A DNA stretch of 64,000 nt from Dehalococcoidia bacterium (GTDB lineage Bacteria > Chloroflexota > Dehalococcoidia > Plut-88900), in assembly GCA_965197645.1 (NCBI GenBank), contig OZ240219.1:480001-544000 (forward strand), in the 5' to 3' direction. The position numbers were made by a program, and so were the translations under genes. Shown in pieces: positions 18,537-27,535 of this stretch; position 1 is the stretch's first letter; each line of letters starts with the position of its first letter. Below the pieces are notes generated by a model that was not told the DNA's origin, did not search any database, and saw only the letters and a list, made by a program, of their open reading frames with translations.

Positions 18537-20948
18537 ATGGCTCCTCTCATCTGCGAAGGCCTTCGAGTCCTAGACCTATCCATAAGCATGTCCGGTGCAC
18601 TGCCGACGATGATCATGTCCGACGCCGGCGCGGAAGTCATCAAGATCGAGCCGCCCGAAGGCGACCCAACGCGCAAGCATTACGCTCATCCCATGTGGCA
18701 CCGGGGCAAGAAGAGCGTTGTGCTGGACCTCAAGACCCGGGAAGGCCAGGGCCATCTTCACGATCTCGCCCGCCACAGCGACGTGCTGCTCACCACCTTC
18801 CGACCCGGCGTAGCCGAGCGGCTGGGAGCGGGATATGAGACCATCAAAGAGGTCAATCCGTCCCTGGTATACACCGCCATCTCCGGCTTCGGTCCTGTCG
18901 ATGAGTACAAGGAGATCAAGGCATACGACGGGATCGTGGCCGCTCTATCCGGCCGGGTCCACACTTTCGATCCCCAGACGGACAAGGATGGTCCCATCTT
19001 CTCAGCCCTTCCCGTGGCCAGCTTCGGAGCGGGCATGTACGCCCTACAGGGCACCATGGCCGCGCTGTACGTGAGGGAGAGGACCGGCCGGGGTCAGAAA
19101 GTGGAGACCAGCCTGCTGCAGGCCCTGGGCGCTTACGACTGGATGTCGCTGACCTGGCAACTGCGGCAACGGGGTGAAGACCCATTCAAGGGCCTTCCCA
19201 TGGAAGAGCCCAGCCCCCAGTACTTCGTCGCGCCGACCAAAGACGGCAAGTGGATCCAGATGGCCAACGCCATGGATCACCTTTTCATCAACTGGCTGGT
19301 GGGCATCGGCCTGGGAGGACTACTGGACGACCCCAGGTTCATCGAGCTTCCCCAGGTCGTCACTGGAGAGGCCAACGAAGAGCTCTACCGTCTGATGTTT
19401 TCCAGGATGGCCGAGAAGACACTGGACGAATGGATGCACCTGTTCATGACGGAGGTCGACACCGCATCCGAGCCCTTCCTTCATACTCAACAGGGTCTGA
19501 GTCATCCCCAGGTCCTGCATAACGGCAGCACTGTGAGGCTGTACGACGACCGGGTCGGCGAGACCTTGCAGCTCGGTCCCGTGGCCAAATTCACCGAGAC
19601 TCCCCTCCAACCCCACGGCCCCGCACCGAGCCTGGGCCAGCACACCGCCGAGGTGATCGCCCAATCGAGAAACGGGCACGGATCGAGCTCGCGCTCCGGC
19701 AACGGCCGGATGCCGGGAGCCCCGCTGGAGGGAGTCACCCTGGTGGAGTTCGCCAGCTGGTTTGCCGTTCCCTTCGCACCGGCCATTCTGGCCGACCTGG
19801 GCGCGAGGGTCATCAAGGTAGAACCTACCGGCGGAGACCCCTGGCGCGGTTTTGGGCCGATGGGCTACCGCACACTCCAGGGCAAAGAGGCCGTCGCCAT
19901 AGACCTGCGCACCGAGAAGGGTCAAGAGATCGGCGCCGAGCTGATGGCCGAAGCGGACCTGATAGTGCACAATCTCCGGCCGGGAGTGCCCCAGAAGCTG
20001 GGCATAGACTACGAAAGCGCGAAACAGGTCAACCCGTCGGTCATCTACCTGTATGGTGGCGGATACGGCTCTACCGGGCCCTATTCCCATCGGCCCGCTA
20101 TGCACCCCGTCCCAGGCGCCGTGTGCGGAGGTGCCATGTACCAGGCCGGACGGGGCATGCCCCCTCCTCCTGACGCCGACCTGAGCTACGAGGAAGTACG
20201 AAAGGTCGCTCGGTGGCTTGGTGCTGCAAATGAGGGCAACCCGGACGTCAGCTCCTCCATGGTCAACGCCTCGACTCTCCTCATGGCCCTCTACGCCCGG
20301 GAGAAGACCGGCCTCGGCCAGTACATCGAGACTTCGATGCTCTGCTCCAACCTCTACGCCAACTCCGACGACGCTCTGCAGTACGAGGGTAAGCCGGAGC
20401 GTCTTCTGCCCGACCCCGATCTGAACGGCCTGCATGCCCTGTACCGCTTCTACAAGGCCAAAGACGAATGGGTCTTCCTGGCTTGCACCACCGACGTCGA
20501 GTGGGAACACCTGTGCACAGCCATCGACCGCGGTGCCCTGGCAACCGATCCCCGTTTTCTCACCGAATCGAACCGCTTGGACCATGAACTCGAGCTCGCC
20601 GACCTGCTAGAGCCCATCTTCGCCCAGCGTACTGCGGGAGAGTGGCAAGAGTACCTGACCCGGCGGAACGTAGCCTGTGTGGAGGTGTTCCCCGCCGATA
20701 TCTGCGAGTTCGCCAACACCAGCCCCCTGATGTGGAAGTACGGGCTGTCCGTAGAGCGGGAACATCCCTCCTTCGGCAAGTTCATGAGGTATGGCCGGGT
20801 AGTGGATTTCTCGAAGACGTCGGCAACCACCTTCGGACCCTTCACGTTCATCGGGGAGCACACCGGGCCAGTGCTGAAGGAGCTGGGCTACACCGATGAT
20901 CATGTACGAGAGTTGGAAGAGCAGAAGATCGTAGTCTGCCACCGCTAA
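18537..20948 (+). CDS. two-domain class III (CaiB/BaiF) CoA-transferase
   Basis: two GAxVIKxE motifs, FRPG and NLRPG, two APxLG[QE]H-type ends; catalytic Asp only in the second domain (GNPDV). Confidence 0.9.
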   Translation: MAPLICEGLRVLDLSISMSGALPTMIMSDAGAEVIKIEPPEGDPTRKHYAHPMWHRGKKSVVLDLKTREGQGHLHDLARHSDVLLTTFRPGVAERLGAGYETIKEVNPSLVYTAISGFGPVDEYKEIKAYDGIVAALSGRVHTFDPQTDKDGPIFSALPVASFGAGMYALQGTMAALYVRERTGRGQKVETSLLQALGAYDWMSLTWQLRQRGEDPFKGLPMEEPSPQYFVAPTKDGKWIQMANAMDHLFINWLVGIGLGGLLDDPRFIELPQVVTGEANEELYRLMFSRMAEKTLDEWMHLFMTEVDTASEPFLHTQQGLSHPQVLHNGSTVRLYDDRVGETLQLGPVAKFTETPLQPHGPAPSLGQHTAEVIAQSRNGHGSSSRSGNGRMPGAPLEGVTLVEFASWFAVPFAPAILADLGARVIKVEPTGGDPWRGFGPMGYRTLQGKEAVAIDLRTEKGQEIGAELMAEADLIVHNLRPGVPQKLGIDYESAKQVNPSVIYLYGGGYGSTGPYSHRPAMHPVPGAVCGGAMYQAGRGMPPPPDADLSYEEVRKVARWLGAANEGNPDVSSSMVNASTLLMALYAREKTGLGQYIETSMLCSNLYANSDDALQYEGKPERLLPDPDLNGLHALYRFYKAKDEWVFLACTTDVEWEHLCTAIDRGALATDPRFLTESNRLDHELELADLLEPIFAQRTAGEWQEYLTRRNVACVEVFPADICEFANTSPLMWKYGLSVEREHPSFGKFMRYGRVVDFSKTSATTFGPFTFIGEHTGPVLKELGYTDDHVRELEEQKIVVCHR

Positions 20949-21116
20949 AGCCAAGACCTCGATGACCGATTGACGAGAGCGAGCGCACCCCAGGTGGACA
21001 GGTAAGAGAATCGGTGGCGTCCTTACCTTGGATTCTGTAGACTGGGCCTCGCAGAACGTACGAGGTGGATGGACTTATCGGAATCTGTAGAGGACCACTA
21101 TCAAGGAGGAGCAGTT

Positions 21117-21407
21117 ATGATAACCCTGATCGCAGACCACTGGGTCAAGCCGGATTTCATGGATGGCGCCATGAAGGCCTTCCAGGACAACACCGATAAG
21201 GGCACCCACGTCCATAGGCTGGTCCTCAGGTCTCAGGACGATCCATCCAAGATAACCACCGTGACCACCTGGGAGACCCAGGAGGAGTACCAGAAGTTCA
21301 TGGACCGCCTGAAGGAGATATACGCCAAGCAGGACCCCGACGCTCCGAAGGCCATGAACGGCGAGCGGCTGGAGGGCTTCGAAGTCCTCATTAGCAAATC
21401 TTCTTGA
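21117..21407 (+). CDS. ABM-like dimeric alpha/beta barrel protein
   Basis: AAGGAGGAG SD; VKP...DDPSKITTVTTWETQE pattern. Confidence 0.7.
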   Translation: MITLIADHWVKPDFMDGAMKAFQDNTDKGTHVHRLVLRSQDDPSKITTVTTWETQEEYQKFMDRLKEIYAKQDPDAPKAMNGERLEGFEVLISKSS

Positions 21408-21506
21408 GCTCCTTGGCCGAACTCTTACCGGGCCGCTAGCCGCTCCCGGGCCCGCGCCCCGATACGAATGGCTGAGGTCCTCCATTGCGCCGCAGAGGAG
21501 ACCCTT

Positions 21507-22511
21507 TTGAAGTTCAGCTTCCCGCTGCCCACCTGCATGGAGGGGTTGAACCAGCCTCCCGGGTTCGGAAGCGCAGAGGACCTGGTGAGGATCGCTGAGA
21601 CGGCGGAAGCCCTGGGCTTCTACGCTGTATGGGCCAACGATCATGTGGCGCCCTGGCCCAGGCTCCGAGCGGCTGCCAAGCAGCCTCTCAACTGGTACGA
21701 CTCCCTGATCTCCTCCAGCTACTGTGCCGCGGTTACCAGCACCATAAGGCTGGGACTTGGGGTCCTGGTCGTGCCCTTCCGGGACCCGGTCATCCTGGCC
21801 AAGCAGGTAGCAACACTGGACCAGTTCAGCGGCGGCAGGATCGTGATGGGGGTGGGCGTCGGCACACCAAGGGACGAGTTCGCTACGCTGAGGCCTAGAG
21901 ATGTCCGATCCAATCGGGGCGAGATGGTGGATGAGCTACTGGAGGCCATCGACCTGCTGTGGAACCGGCCGGCCGCCGCCTTCAACGGCAAGTACTATCA
22001 GTTCGAAGAGCTTGAGGCCTACCCCAAACCGGTACAGAGTCCGTTGCCCATCTACGTCTCCGGCGGGGCGCCCGCAACCCTGAAGCGAGTAGCCAGGTAC
22101 GGCTCAGGCCTGCTGATGTCTTCCGGGCCTATCGATAGCATGAGGAGCAGGGTCGACGACCTGGAGAGGGAGCTGGCACAGGCAGGCCGGGACATATCGG
22201 AGGTCGACGTAGCAGTGTCCTTCGCCGTGAGCCTCGCTTCTACCTCCGAAAAAGCCCAAGAACGGTTCTTCGATTCCCACGTCGGCCATCGTTTCATGAG
22301 CTGGACTACCGACGAGGAGACGGTCGAGGGTATGATCAGTAGGAACCTCGTCGGCACACCGGAGGAGGCGGCACAGCACATCAGGCAGCGGGCCGAGGCG
22401 GGCATGACCCATTGCGCACCCCAGCACATCGCCGCCGAAAGCGTTGACGAGATGATCGAGCAGATGCACATCTACGCAGAGGAGGTTGTGCCGTTGTGCG
22501 CCGGCCTCTAG
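21507..22511 (+). CDS. LLM class (probably F420-dependent) oxidoreductase
   Basis: AEALGFYAVWANDH, PVILAKQVATLDQFSGGR, PKPVQSPLPI; GAGGAG SD before TTG. Confidence 0.9.
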   Translation: MKFSFPLPTCMEGLNQPPGFGSAEDLVRIAETAEALGFYAVWANDHVAPWPRLRAAAKQPLNWYDSLISSSYCAAVTSTIRLGLGVLVVPFRDPVILAKQVATLDQFSGGRIVMGVGVGTPRDEFATLRPRDVRSNRGEMVDELLEAIDLLWNRPAAAFNGKYYQFEELEAYPKPVQSPLPIYVSGGAPATLKRVARYGSGLLMSSGPIDSMRSRVDDLERELAQAGRDISEVDVAVSFAVSLASTSEKAQERFFDSHVGHRFMSWTTDEETVEGMISRNLVGTPEEAAQHIRQRAEAGMTHCAPQHIAAESVDEMIEQMHIYAEEVVPLCAGL

Positions 22512-22534
22512 CAGACCGATAGGAGGAGTAGAGA

Positions 22535-23197
22535 ATGATCGAACACAAGGGACGTCAGATACCTGAGACTTTCGAGGAGATAGTGGACCCCAAGCACACC
22601 GCCTTCATCGTCCATGAGCTGTTGAACGATTTCTGTGCCGAAGGCGGCGCCTTCGACCAGATGGGCATGAGGATCGATGCGTCGGAGATCGTAGCCCCGG
22701 TGGCCAAGATGCTGGACGCCGCGCGGGCCAACAACGTCAGAGTGATCTACGTCAGGTACACTATGAACGCCGACCAGAGCTCTTTGACCGACCTGGACGT
22801 GTGGAGGTCCCGAGACGCGGACCCGAACGTCGAGCGGGTCCCCGCGGTGGTAGACGGGACGTGGGGATGGCAGAATCTGCCAGGGGTCGAGCCTCTGCCC
22901 GAGGAGCTGATCGTCCGAAAATACAAGGTGGACGCCTTCTTCGAGTCGCCGTTGGATGCCCTGCTCCGTTGGAACGGCATCAAGACCTTCGTCATAGTGG
23001 GCATCGGCGCCGAGGTGGGCGTGGTGCCGACGGTGATACATGGAGGATGCCTGGGCTACTTCTCGGTAGCCGTGGAAGACTGTCTGCGGGGTACGGTTGC
23101 CGCCAGGCTGGATGGTGCGATGACGGCCATCGCCGACTGGTCGATAGTCAAGAACCACCAGGAGGTCATCGACGCCTGGAACGCCAGCGGCGGATGA
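22535..23197 (+). CDS. isochorismatase/cysteine hydrolase fold protein lacking the catalytic Cys
   Basis: ELLNDF, KYKVDAFFES.LDALLR, GIGAEVGV, VEDC. Confidence 0.85.
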   Translation: MIEHKGRQIPETFEEIVDPKHTAFIVHELLNDFCAEGGAFDQMGMRIDASEIVAPVAKMLDAARANNVRVIYVRYTMNADQSSLTDLDVWRSRDADPNVERVPAVVDGTWGWQNLPGVEPLPEELIVRKYKVDAFFESPLDALLRWNGIKTFVIVGIGAEVGVVPTVIHGGCLGYFSVAVEDCLRGTVAARLDGAMTAIADWSIVKNHQEVIDAWNASGG

Positions 23198-23329
23198 TAT
23201 TGGCCCCAGACTCACGGTAGCCTGCCCGCAGCGCCGCTCCACCGGGCCCCGAATCGAGGCTGGATCGAGTGGACTAACATTCTTGTATTGAGAATGCTCA
23301 GACCGCATAGCCTCGGGCCACCTGCTCCA

Positions 23330-23478
23330 AGCTGTCATTCCGAGCACCAGCGAGGAATCTAAAAACGTCTCGCCATGAATCGACGGCGTCCTAGAGGGCA
23401 GCGGTCTTAGGTTCCTCACTCCGTTCGGAACGACAGGTGTGGGGTGCGCTGCGTTGCCGCCCCTTGCTACGGCCTGCA
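23330..23478 (-). repeat. palindromic repeat, family C copy
   Basis: GTCATTCCGAGCACCAGCGAGGAATCT...; inverted copy of 14137-14284. Confidence 0.8.
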
Positions 23479-23544
23479 CGACCCCGTCGGGCTAACCCTC
23501 ATCTCAATGATTTCTGACCACTGGAGCTCGGGTGCCCCAGCCAT

Positions 23545-25080
23545 CTAGGGGTGAATCGTGATGGGTTGGGCAACTATCCACAGGCTGACGACTGTGTACC
23601 CCACCATGAGCACCAGCATCGGGTACTGGCTCCTCAGTGTCCGCGCCCTCGTTCTCATCGTCCGTACGGCTATCAGGTGGGACAGGTAGACGGCAACTAT
23701 GTGCCCGACCACGATGGCGCCCACTCCCACGAACCATACCGCTCGGGCGTTGATAATCGAGATGTTGGGACGATGGTCGACCGTACCGAACAGGTCCCAA
23801 TCCCATCCAAAAGGATTGGAGAGCAGCGGGACGATCAGCTGTCCGGATAACACGATGAAGGAGAAGAAGTGGGCCAGATTGTAGGCGATGGCTATAGGTA
23901 TAAGCGAGTAGACGAAAGTCCGAGCTACCCGCCCGGTCGTCCACTCACCCCCCACCAATCTCGATATTACGTGCGAGATGAGCAGGAATGCGGCCACAAA
24001 CAGGCATGGGAAGGCCAGCAGACCCAACGTCATCCCCAGGCTGTTCTCGTAGAAGGTCTGGGTCGGCAGCACCCGGTCCAGGATATCGACCCACAAAGGG
24101 GTCTCCTGAAACCCATCGAAGGTGACCAGCGATAGCGCCAAGACCACCAGTACCACTTCCGAGGTGTGGACCCGCTCCGAAACGGCCAGCCCAACAGCCG
24201 GCGGCCTGAGGTTCAGCTCCCTGTTCCTTCCCGCTTTCTCATAGCATTCGTAACAGTCTATGCACTCCCCGTCCTCGGCACCGCAGGCCCTGGAGCAGTG
24301 CCGGCACAGCTCTCCGTTGGCCACCCTCACTTCGCTGGGGGAGAACTTGCTGATGAACCTGTAGAGTACTGAGAAGGCTTCACCGTAGTGAAGCCAGGCG
24401 TGCCGTCCATAGACGAACATTCCTACCCAGGTAATGGCCGTGTAGACGATCACCATGGCCCCCACGTGCCTGGGGGTGATGGCCTCAACGTATACGTTCT
24501 CGATCCAGGAAAAAGCGAAGAGCAGGACTATCGCCGACGTGACCCCGATCTCGGCAGGGTAGGACTTTCCCAGTCCGAACCGTCTTCCGGACGTGAGGAC
24601 GGCGTACAGCTTCTCGGCCCATCGAAAGGCGACAGCCCAGGGGTTCAGGAATGCCCAGAAGTTACCCACGAAAGCGACCACGAACCCAAAACCCACCCAC
24701 CAGATCACCCAGATGAAGACCACCGAGAAGTTCAGCAGCGGCGCTCGGCTCCCCCAGAACGCGGTAGCGACCACCAGGCCCAGAAGCGCCACGGACGCGG
24801 CTTGCAGCAGATTGACCAGTACGGGATGGCCAATCCACGGCCTGATGAGTCTGTTCGCCAGCAGGTTGTATCTTGGATAGTCTCCCCGGTCCGAGCTCGT
24901 CCTCAGAAACCAGCCGACGACGACAAAGGACAGGAGTACGGTGGCCCCGGCCCCGTACAGATAGAGCCACAGGGGCACGGGTAGATCGTACCGCTCGCCA
25001 AAGCCGTGGGCAGCCGCCGCTCCGGTGGCCAGAGGCAGGGAGAGGACGGCCGACAGGACAACGAGGAAGAATCGTCTCAT
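23545..25080 (-). CDS. polytopic membrane protein (family often labelled fenitrothion hydrolase) with Cys-rich loop
   Basis: signal peptide then HGFGERYDLPVPLWLY; many TM helices; AYNLAHF, VGHIVAVYLSH; CRHCSRAC..CIDCYEC. Confidence 0.75.
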   Translation of the reverse strand: MRRFFLVVLSAVLSLPLATGAAAAHGFGERYDLPVPLWLYLYGAGATVLLSFVVVGWFLRTSSDRGDYPRYNLLANRLIRPWIGHPVLVNLLQAASVALLGLVVATAFWGSRAPLLNFSVVFIWVIWWVGFGFVVAFVGNFWAFLNPWAVAFRWAEKLYAVLTSGRRFGLGKSYPAEIGVTSAIVLLFAFSWIENVYVEAITPRHVGAMVIVYTAITWVGMFVYGRHAWLHYGEAFSVLYRFISKFSPSEVRVANGELCRHCSRACGAEDGECIDCYECYEKAGRNRELNLRPPAVGLAVSERVHTSEVVLVVLALSLVTFDGFQETPLWVDILDRVLPTQTFYENSLGMTLGLLAFPCLFVAAFLLISHVISRLVGGEWTTGRVARTFVYSLIPIAIAYNLAHFFSFIVLSGQLIVPLLSNPFGWDWDLFGTVDHRPNISIINARAVWFVGVGAIVVGHIVAVYLSHLIAVRTMRTRARTLRSQYPMLVLMVGYTVVSLWIVAQPITIHP

Positions 25081-25102
25081 ACTGCAGACTTGGGACCCTG
25101 AC

Positions 25103-25549
25103 CTACCTGGGGCTTACCTCCAGGGACCCTATTCTGATCTCTTCCTGTTCTTCCTGCTCCTCTTCCTCGCGGTAATCGTCCTCGGAGGCCGCGGCTTGCC
25201 CATGCTCCTCTCCACCACTCTCCAAGGGATGAATGGTTATTGGAAATCCCCCTTCAGCGCTAGCCGCGAAGGTTAGCTCGACGGTAGCTTCGGGATCGGT
25301 CATCACCGTATGGTCCAAGACGTGTACGTGGAACTCGGCAGTAACGTCGGAGGTGATCCTCAGTACCACCTGGTCGTCCCTCTTGACCCTGAGCACCGGG
25401 TCCTCCGCGGTGAGGGCTCCCTGGCTGATCTCCAGGTCGAACACCCGGGTCTCCGGCTCGGAGTCGCTCGAGCAGGCCGCCGCAGTTAGGATTACCAGAA
25501 TACCAATAACCACTACCAAGGATAATCGCCGTAAGTTGCTCCATGACAT
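25103..25549 (-). CDS. lipoprotein with cupredoxin-like fold
   Basis: lipobox TAAAC; VKRDDQVVLRITSD..EFHVH..FPITIH; acidic tail. Confidence 0.7.
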   Translation of the reverse strand: MSWSNLRRLSLVVVIGILVILTAAACSSDSEPETRVFDLEISQGALTAEDPVLRVKRDDQVVLRITSDVTAEFHVHVLDHTVMTDPEATVELTFAASAEGGFPITIHPLESGGEEHGQAAASEDDYREEEEQEEQEEIRIGSLEVSPR

Positions 25550-25590
25550 AAACTTCTCCTGGCCATACGGTTTCCTCTACGTTAACGATG

Positions 25591-26202
25591 CTAAGCATCT
25601 GTAGGTTGCCTTGATCTTCGCCACCTCAGCCAAACCCATAAGACTATCAGAAACGCGGGAAACGCCAGCGTGACTATCAGTATGGTAAAGATCGCGCTGT
25701 CTCGGGCGGTAACGCTCAGTGCCAGGCTGGTCTCCGCCCGTCCCAACGCTCCTTCGACAGAGGCCTCGATCCCCCAATCCCCCACCACCTCCACCGGCAA
25801 GGTGACATCATAGTTGTCCGGGTTGGACTGGGACTGGGAGACGGGGTAGGAGATGGTCTCAAGTCCGGAATCCGGCGGCGGGGTCACCTTGATAGCTATG
25901 GCCGCATCCCTGATCGAGGCCGTCCGCTCCCCGTCCATCAGCACAAAGGTCAGGTGCACACTGCCAACCCTGGGCCTGCCCGGCTCAGCAATTACGACAA
26001 GATAGTAGGGACCGGTCTGCTCGGACAGTACGGTCCGACTGCCGCTTCCACCATTAGCGTGCACCGGAATCGGGCCCGACCCGGCCTGGAGCAGCAGGCC
26101 CGTAACCGCTACCAGCATTCCAATGACCAGAGCCTTGCCGGGCCGGAGTATGCCGTGAGAGCCGCCGAGCGACCTACGCACCTTCGCCCAAGCAGTCCTC
26201 AC
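25591..26202 (-). CDS. membrane-anchored YtkA/FixH-like Ig-fold protein
   Basis: signal ending PVHA, P..P.VG, YDVTL...VGDWGIEASV, C-terminal TM helix; true start uncertain. Confidence 0.55.
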   Translation of the reverse strand: MRTAWAKVRRSLGGSHGILRPGKALVIGMLVAVTGLLLQAGSGPIPVHANGGSGSRTVLSEQTGPYYLVVIAEPGRPRVGSVHLTFVLMDGERTASIRDAAIAIKVTPPPDSGLETISYPVSQSQSNPDNYDVTLPVEVVGDWGIEASVEGALGRAETSLALSVTARDSAIFTILIVTLAFPAFLIVLWVWLRWRRSRQPTDA

Positions 26203-26272
26203 GCTCAGTACCCTGGCTCCGAGTTCCCGCCGGGCCTGGTCCCCGGGCGCGATTGCCTGGTCCCCATGACAC

Positions 26273-26434
26273 CTACGGGCCGAGGCCGGAGGTGAAGGTG
26301 ACCTCTTCCAGGGAACCGCCGCAATCGGGGCATTTTCGGGTCTGGTACAACTTTACCGTGGCATCTATGTCCATGTACTCCTTGTCCCGGGGCACCTTGC
26401 TCCAGAGCACATCGCACTTATTGCACAGCAACAT
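26273..26434 (-). CDS. 53-aa zinc-ribbon microprotein (not in ORF track)
   Basis: hand translation MLLCNKCDVLWSKVPRDKEYMDIDATVKLYQTRKCPDCGGSLEEVTFTSGLGP; GGGAG SD; two CxxC. Confidence 0.75.
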   Translation of the reverse strand: MLLCNKCDVLWSKVPRDKEYMDIDATVKLYQTRKCPDCGGSLEEVTFTSGLGP

Positions 26435-26645
26435 CGCCTAGCTCCCTGGCATCCTGACTACCGGTTTTCGCATCGAGGTGGATCGACCCTGGAATTATAG
26501 CCCAGCCGGCGGCCCTCGGGTCTGGGCGACTTTGTTCACGGGCTGGGCAGCATGGGGTAGAATACAGCGGGTGCCGATATTGACTCCCCACTGCATCCAT
26601 GGGTTATAGTATAGATATAGACTGCATATATCGCACCGATAGACT

Positions 26646-27515
26646 ATGGCCACAGCAACAAAGCCCAAACCCTCCGAGCGGCGTCCCCCTTGGCTGAAGG
26701 TCCGGTTCAAGGCGGGCCCGAACTTCGTAGAACTCAAGTCGCTCATGCGGAAGCGGTCTCTTCACACCGTGTGTGAGGAGGCCCACTGTCCCAACATATT
26801 CGAATGCTGGGAGAACCGCACCGCTACATTCATGATCCTGGGCGACGTCTGCACCCGGGCCTGCCGCTTTTGCGCCGTCACCAGCGGCAAACCCACCTGG
26901 AACGATACCCTGGAACCGGACCGGGTGGCCAAAGCCACATCCGAGATGAACCTGGCCCACGTGGTGGTAACCTCGGTGGCCAGGGACGACCTGGAAGACG
27001 GTGGCGCCGGCATCTTTGCCCGGACCATCGACCGGATACGAGAGCGCAACCCCGACACGAGAATCGAGGTGCTCATCCCCGACTTCCAGGGCTCCGAACC
27101 GTCGTTGGACTCCGTTCTAAACGCCGGGCCGGATATTCTCAACCACAACATCGAGACCGTCGAGCGGCTGCAGCGGACGGTCCGCTCCCGTGCCGAGTAC
27201 CACAGGTCGCTGAAGGTGCTGGATTACTCCAAACGGCGGTCTCCGAACGTCCTGACCAAGTCTGGAATGATGATGGGCGTAGGCGAAGAGTGGGACGAGG
27301 TCCTGCAGGCCATGGCCGACCTGCGGGCCGTAGCCTGCGACATTCTGACCATCGGTCAGTACCTGCGCCCTTCCCAGAAGCACCTTCCCATTGTCCGTTA
27401 CTACACCCCCGAAGAGTTCCAGGAGCTCAAGCAGGAGGGTTTGAGGTTGGGTTTCAAGCACGTGGAATCCGGCCCCCTGGTGAGAAGCTCCTACCACGCG
27501 CACACCCAGGTCTAG
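26646..27515 (+). CDS. lipA: lipoyl synthase
   Basis: CEEAHCPNIFEC, CTRACRFC, RSSYHA. Confidence 0.97.
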   Translation: MATATKPKPSERRPPWLKVRFKAGPNFVELKSLMRKRSLHTVCEEAHCPNIFECWENRTATFMILGDVCTRACRFCAVTSGKPTWNDTLEPDRVAKATSEMNLAHVVVTSVARDDLEDGGAGIFARTIDRIRERNPDTRIEVLIPDFQGSEPSLDSVLNAGPDILNHNIETVERLQRTVRSRAEYHRSLKVLDYSKRRSPNVLTKSGMMMGVGEEWDEVLQAMADLRAVACDILTIGQYLRPSQKHLPIVRYYTPEEFQELKQEGLRLGFKHVESGPLVRSSYHAHTQV

Positions 27516-27535
27516 ACAAGGAATCCGTCCCATAC

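Noticed and set aside
22508-23479. ORFs sharing RNLRPLPS (also 14195-14422)
   Set aside because: Translation of repeat family C, not protein paralogy
26205-26417. 70-aa ORF from the track
   Set aside because: Overlaps the better supported 53-aa zinc-ribbon ORF in another frame
26804-27535. 704-aa ORF suggesting an N-terminally extended lpdA
   Set aside because: The extension is an alternative frame overlapping lipA; the E3 sequence starts at 27536
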